64,000 nt of DNA, from assembly GCA_030390025.1 (NCBI GenBank), contig CM059432.1:34226001-34290000 (forward strand), written 5' to 3'. The notes beneath the pieces are model-generated. The model made no database searches. It worked only from the letters and a program-made list of their open reading frames with translations, and had not been told where the DNA came from. Numbering within the stretch: position 1 is the stretch's first letter; the number at the start of each line of letters is the position of its first letter. A program made the position numbers and the translations under genes. The stretch is from Squalus acanthias. Its lineage: Eukaryota. Below, piece after piece: positions 58,985-64,000 of this stretch.

Positions 58985-59760
58985 AAAGTCACTCCCGTCT
59001 GGTACTGTATGGCCTGTGTCAGCTCCTGTAAATATACAGTACACAGTGGGTAAAAGAGAATGTTTCACTCCCATCTACGACTGTATTGCCCCTGTACATG
59101 TACAGCACACAGCGGGTAAAAGGGAACGATTCACTCCCGTCTGATACTGGCTGGCCTGCGAGTGTCTCAGTGTCAGCTCCTGTACATGTACAGTACACAC
59201 CAGGTAAAAGAAAACGATTCACTCTGGTTCTCTATGGCTCGCGTGTGTCTCAGCGTCAGGTCCTGTATATGAACACTACACAGTGGGTAAAAGGGAACAA
59301 TTCACTCCCGTCTGGTACTGGGCAGCTTGTGTGTCTCAGTGACAGCTCCTGTACATGTACAGTACACAGTGGGTAAAAGGGAACAATTCACTCCCGTCTG
59401 GTACTGTGCAGCTCGTGTGTCTCAGTGACAGCTCCTGTACATGTACAGTACACAGTGGGTAAAAGGGAACAATTCACTCCCGTCTGGTACTGTGCAGCTC
59501 GCGTGTGTCTCAGTGACAGCTCCTGTACATGTGCAGTACACAGTGGGTAAAAGGGAACAATTCACTCCCGTCTGGTACTGTGCAGCTCGTGTGTCTCAGT
59601 GACAGCTCCTGTACATGTACAATACACAGTGGGTAAAAGGGAACAATTCACTCCCGTCTGGTACTGTGCAGCTCGTGTGTCTCAGTGACAGCTCCTGTAC
59701 ATGTACAGTACACAGTGGGTAAAAGGTAGTGATTCACTCCCGCCTGGTACTTTGTGGCTT
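58985..59760. repeat. 86-bp tandem repeat, about 9 units
   Basis: cagtgggtaaaag recurs at 59281, 59367, 59453, 59541, 59627 and 59713; the leftmost units are degenerate. Confidence 0.95.
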
Positions 59761-60209
59761 GTGTGAGTATAATTTTCCCTCAATGCGTCTCCCTCTCCCG
59801 CATCCTCTTTCTATCCCTCTCCTGTTCCCTCTCCCTCTCTTTCACTTTCGATGTCTGTCTCCCTTCCTCTCCCTCTCTCCCGCCCGCTTGATTGATACAT
59901 TTCTGAGGAGACATTTCTTTTTCAGTTTTGAGTCCTCACTTGCTGAAGGTGTTGGGAGGATGGTGCCTGTGGTATCCTATACTGGATTTGTGCCTGTGTG
60001 TCTATTTCATAATGGTTTTGGGGTAGTTGAGTGTCTATTTTGTGGCAATTTGAGGATCTTTATGTGTCTATTTCATAGTGGTTTGGGAATGGCTGTGTGT
60101 TTTTATTGCTTTGCAGCAGAAGGATCCATGGATGTGTCCCTGAGTTGCACAGAGAGAGAGCATGTACTGTTGTCCTCATTGGAGGTGTCAGCCATGGAGG
60201 TGTCTCACC

Positions 60210-60995
60210 ACTGAGTCAGTAGGTTGTGGGTTCAAGCTCCACTCCAGAGACTTGAGTACATAATCTAGGCTGACGCTCCAGTACAGTACTGAGTGCTGCA
60301 CTTTGGAGGGGCCGTCATTCAGATGAGACGTTAAATCGAGGCTCCGTTTGCCCTCTCAGATGGAAGTAAAAGATGCTACGGCACTATTCGAAGAAGAGCA
60401 GGGAAGTTCCTTCTGGCGTTCTGGCCAATATTATCCCTCAACCAGCACCTAAAACAGATTACGATAGCAAAATACTGCAGATGCTGGAAATCCGAAATAA
60501 CAATAGAAAACGCTGGAAAAACTCAGCAGGCGAGGCAGCATCCGTGGAGAGAGAAACAGAGTTAACGTTTCAGGTCGAGACCTTTTGTCAGAACTGGAAA
60601 CAGCAGGAAATCAAATAGATTTAAGGCAAGGATAAAGCTGGGAAAAGGGGGAGGGGATGAAAGAACAAAAGGAGCAAACACGAGAAGGGAAACTGAAAGC
60701 AGTGAAGATGAACAAGGTTGAAGAGACAAACAGAGGTCCCGTCGAAGAGAAGAGCAGAACTTCTTCAAGGTAGGCATTCCTAGAAGAGAGGTGGCAGTGG
60801 ACCAAACACTAATACGAAAACAGATTATTTGGTCATTATCTCATTGCTGTTTGTGGGACCTTGCTGTGTGCAAATTTGACCACTGCGTTTCTTACATTAC
60901 AACAGTGACTACACTTCAAAAGTAATTAATTTTCTGTAAACGCTTTGAGACACCCTGAGGTCATGAAAGGTGCTATATAGATGCAAGTCCTCTTT
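60210..60995 (+). mobile_element. Deu-SINE split by a Penelope-like insert
   Basis: The SINE resumes at aaaacagattatttggtcattatc. Confidence 0.85.
60462..60816 (-). mobile_element. Penelope-like terminal fragment with hammerhead motif (about 60559-60595)
   Basis: 11-bp TSD aaaacagatta (60451-60461 and 60817-60827). The minus strand reads agtt-CTGACAA-a-aggt(ctcg)acct-GAAACGTT-aact. Confidence 0.75.
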
Positions 60996-61149
60996 TTTCA
61001 AATAGTGACATGAGGGGGTGGAGGGGGGTTGGTGGGCATTGTGTGGCTCATTTTACAAATGTAAACTACCAGCTAGGAGCCTGTCGCACCGGCCCTGCAG
61101 ATCGGGGAACCACCAGCCTGCTGCACGTGAACTTCTGTTCTCCAGGACT

Positions 61150-61565
61150 CCAGGGACTTGAGCACAAAAACCTAGGCTGACGCTCCAGGGCAGTGCTGAG
61201 GGAGTGCTGCACTGTCGGAGGTGCCGTCTTTTGGATGAGATGTTAAACTGAGGCCCCGTCTGCTCTCTCAGGTGGACGTAAAAGATCCCATGGCATTATT
61301 TCGAAGACGAGCAGGGGAGTTATCCCCGGTGTCCTGGCCAATATTTATCCCTCAATCAACATCACAAAAACAGATTATCAGGTCATTATCACATTGCTGT
61401 TTGTGTGGGCTTGCTGTGAGCAAATTGGCTGCCGCGTTTACAACATTACAACAGTGACTACACTCCAAAAGTACTTCATTGGCTGTAAAGCGCTTTGTGA
61501 CGTCCGGTGGTCATGAAAGGCACGATATAAATGCAAGTCTTTCTTTCTTTCTTTCTTCTTTCTTT
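61150..61565 (+). mobile_element. SacSINE1-like Deu-SINE
   Basis: Deu core and (ttct)n tail. Confidence 0.88.
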
Positions 61566-62214
61566 CTACTCATTTTAACGGATGGCAAATTGTAGCCAAC
61601 ATGTCCGTGACCACCCAATAACTACGGCCAGCAGTCAGGCTCCCTACCGTTAGGGTACACCCGTAAGACCTCCTCACGAATTGTTACCATCCACCTGAAC
61701 TTGGTTCCCAGTTTAATGTCTTAAGCCAAGGATAATAATCCCCAACACATGTCCCGTTCTGTTGGGTGCTAAATTAACACCTTGCTTTGATACTGCAATT
61801 GGGCGTTAACAGTGGCAGAGCAGTGGTGGCAGAGCAATGGATTAGCACAATTGTTTGACACTTGCGTGATCTGACCTTTCAGATCCCAAAATTGTCTCCA
61901 ACCACAACAATACTTGTTGGCGACAGGCCGTCAGAAGGAACCTTGAGGGTATCTGGCATTTCTGAAAGTACCTTCAGTACTTTCTGGTGCTCCGAGTCAG
62001 CTCCTTTGATGTGGTTGACTCTAAACCATGTGCTACACTAACGTCAGTGACTGGGTGCAACATGAGTGTATTAGGTTTGATGAAAGACAAAGAGACCTGA
62101 TGAATACTGTAGCTCAGTGAGGCTGTAATTCTTTACCGGATTGCCAGGAAATACACGACGACGAACCATAAAATCTGGACTATCGGTCGCAAAGGTGTAT
62201 TAGTCACACATTTG

Positions 62215-62572
62215 AACCAATGAGTCAGAGCATGTGAGTTCAAATCCCATTGTGGCAGTTTGAGAATTTGATTTCAGATTTTAAAAGTCTGAAAATGAAA
62301 TAAAAGTGACCATGAAGCTGTCGGATTGTCGTAAAAACCTTTCACTAATGTCCTTTAGGGAAGGACACCTGACTTCCTTACCCAGTCTGGCCGATATGTG
62401 ACTCCAGTCCCACATCAAAGTGGTTGACTCTTAAATGCCCCCTGATGTTGGCCTAGCAAGCCACTCAGTTGTAAGAAGGAGGCCCACCGCCATCTTCTGA
62501 GGGCAACTAGGGATGGGCAATAAATGCCAGCCTTTCCAGTGAGGCCCTCATCCCAAGAATGAATTAAAAAAA
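62215..62572 (+). mobile_element. tRNA-derived SINE with tail matching the 63058-64000 LINE
   Basis: gagttcaaatccc B-box, ttcactaatgtcctttagggaagg core, tail gggcaactagggatgggcaataaatgc...catcccaagaatgaattaaaaa. Confidence 0.75.
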
Positions 62573-62629
62573 TTGGGTTCCATATTAACCCCCTCACGAC
62601 AGGTGGGAGATGGGTGGTGGGAGGGTTCA

Positions 62630-62860
62630 GAGAATCATCGAATGGTTACAGCACAGAAGAAGGCTATTCGGCCCGTCGAGCCCATGCCAACTCTCAGCTA
62701 GTCCCACTCCCCTGCCCTTTCTCCGTAGCCCTGCAAATTTTTTTCCTTCAGATACTTATCCAACTCCCTTTTGAAAGATAAGATTGAGTCTGCCTCCATC
62801 ACCCTTTCAGGAAGTGCATTCCAGATCTTAAACACTCGCTGTGTAAAAAAGTTTTTTCTT
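62630..62860 (-). mobile_element. CR1 3' tail
   Basis: ORF 62698-62886 (RKNFFTQRVFKIWNALPE...GYGERAGEWD). Confidence 0.85.
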
Positions 62861-63057
62861 ACGAGTGAAACATGCAAACGCTTCAACAGTAGTTTGCACT
62901 TTCATCTCCCCCATCACCATCCGTCGCTCTCCTGGGCAATCGGCACATCACCCCTGTCTCTCTGCGGGAGAGCAACTTGGAGCAGATCAGTGATGTCTTG
63001 TTAGCCCATGGCTAAACTATCTGTCAAAGGGATGATGGTGGAAGGCAAAAAGGGGTG

Positions 63058-64000
63058 TTTTTTTTATTCGTTCATGGGATGTGGGCGTCGCTGGCAAGGC
63101 CAGCATTTTATTGCCAATCCCTAGTTGCTCTTGAGAAGGTGGTGGTGAGCGGCCTTCTTGAACCGCTGCAGTCCGTGTGGTGAAGGTACTCCCACAGTGC
63201 TGTTAGGGAGGCAGTTCCAGGATTTTGACCCAGCGACGATGAAGGAACGGCGATATATTTCCAAGTCAGAATGGTGTGTGACTTGGAGGGGAACTTGCAG
63301 GTGGTGGTGTTCCCATGCGCCTGCTGCCCTTGTCCTTCTAGGTGGTAGAGGTCACGGGTTTGGGAGGTACTGCCGAAGAAGCCTTGGTGAGTTGCTGCAG
63401 CGCATCTTATAGATGGTACACACTGCAGCCACGGTAAGCCGGTAGTGGAGGTTTAAGGTGGGGGATGGGATGCCAATCAAATGAGCTGCTTTGTCCAGGA
63501 TGGTATCAAGCTTCTTGAGTGTTGTTGGAGCTGCACTCATCCAGGTAAGTGGAGAGTATTCCATCACACTCCTGACTTGTGCCTTGTAGATGGTGGAAAG
63601 GCTTTGGGGAGTCAGGATGTGAGACACTCGCCACAGAATACCCATCCACTGACCTGCTCTTGTTGCCACAGTATTTATGTGGCTGGTCCAGTTAAGTTTC
63701 TGGTCAACAGTGACCCCCAGGATATTGATGGTGGGGGATTCGGTGATGGTAATGCCGTTGAATGTCAAGGGGTGGTGGTTAGATGCTCGCTTGTTGGAGA
63801 TAGTCATTGCCTGGGACTTGTGTGGCGTGAATGTTACCAGCCACTTATCAGCCCAAGTCTGAATGTTGTCAAGGTCTTGCTGCATGTGGGCATGGACTGC
63901 TTCATTATTTGAGGAGTTGCGAATGGAACTGAACATGGTGCAGTCATCAGCGAACATCCCCACTTCTGACTTTATGATGGAGGGAAGGTCATTGATGAAG
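63058..64000 (-). mobile_element. CR1/L2-group LINE 3' part (RT C-terminus plus 3' UTR), continuing beyond the window
   Basis: ORF 63352-63963 (MFADDCT...QQDLDNIQTWADKW...ILGVTVDQKLNW...IYKAQVRSVMEYSP), with the 3' end at a T-run near 63058. Confidence 0.88.

Noticed and set aside
55181..59760. 25-bp and 86-bp arrays as CRISPR arrays
   Set aside because: They are head-to-tail tandem repeats with no unique spacers and no cas genes, in a vertebrate context.
59729..60214. 161-aa ORF
   Set aside because: It starts in the 86-bp repeat and crosses a pyrimidine tract and short degenerate repeats, with no domain.
61570..62210. Unassigned sequence as a possible exon of a neighbouring gene
   Set aside because: There is no ORF of note, recognisable homology or convincing splice pair.

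Overview
This is eukaryotic DNA, very likely from a cartilaginous fish (shark-type HE1 V-SINEs, SacSINE1-like Deu-SINEs, CR1/HER1-like LINEs). The only host gene I can support is wnt3a on the + strand: coding exons 2-4 at 31601-31842, 35830-36095 and 36936-37415, with canonical splice sites. Exon 1 was not found, so most of 1-31600 is probably intron 1. The rest is a dense, often nested mosaic of transposable elements: CR1 LINEs (one nearly intact, 25420-29580), a second CR1/L2-group LINE family, L2 tails, a Tx1/L1 fragment, four SINE families, a Harbinger element with a Myb/SANT remnant plus related MITEs, hAT MITEs with 8-bp target duplications, two LTR-like inserts, and Penelope-type terminal fragments carrying minimal hammerhead-ribozyme motifs. 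There are also minisatellites with 15, 25, 27 and 86 bp units. No prokaryotic features or CRISPR arrays are present. I found no clearly new biological system. The most notable items are the hammerhead motifs, a 27-bp array shattered over about 13 kb, paired CTCF-like motifs in the wnt3a introns, a possibly long TE-filled 3'UTR, and several unusual insertion junctions. All calls come from reading the sequence and from recalled family consensus motifs, not database searches. TE boundaries without a stated TSD are approximate.
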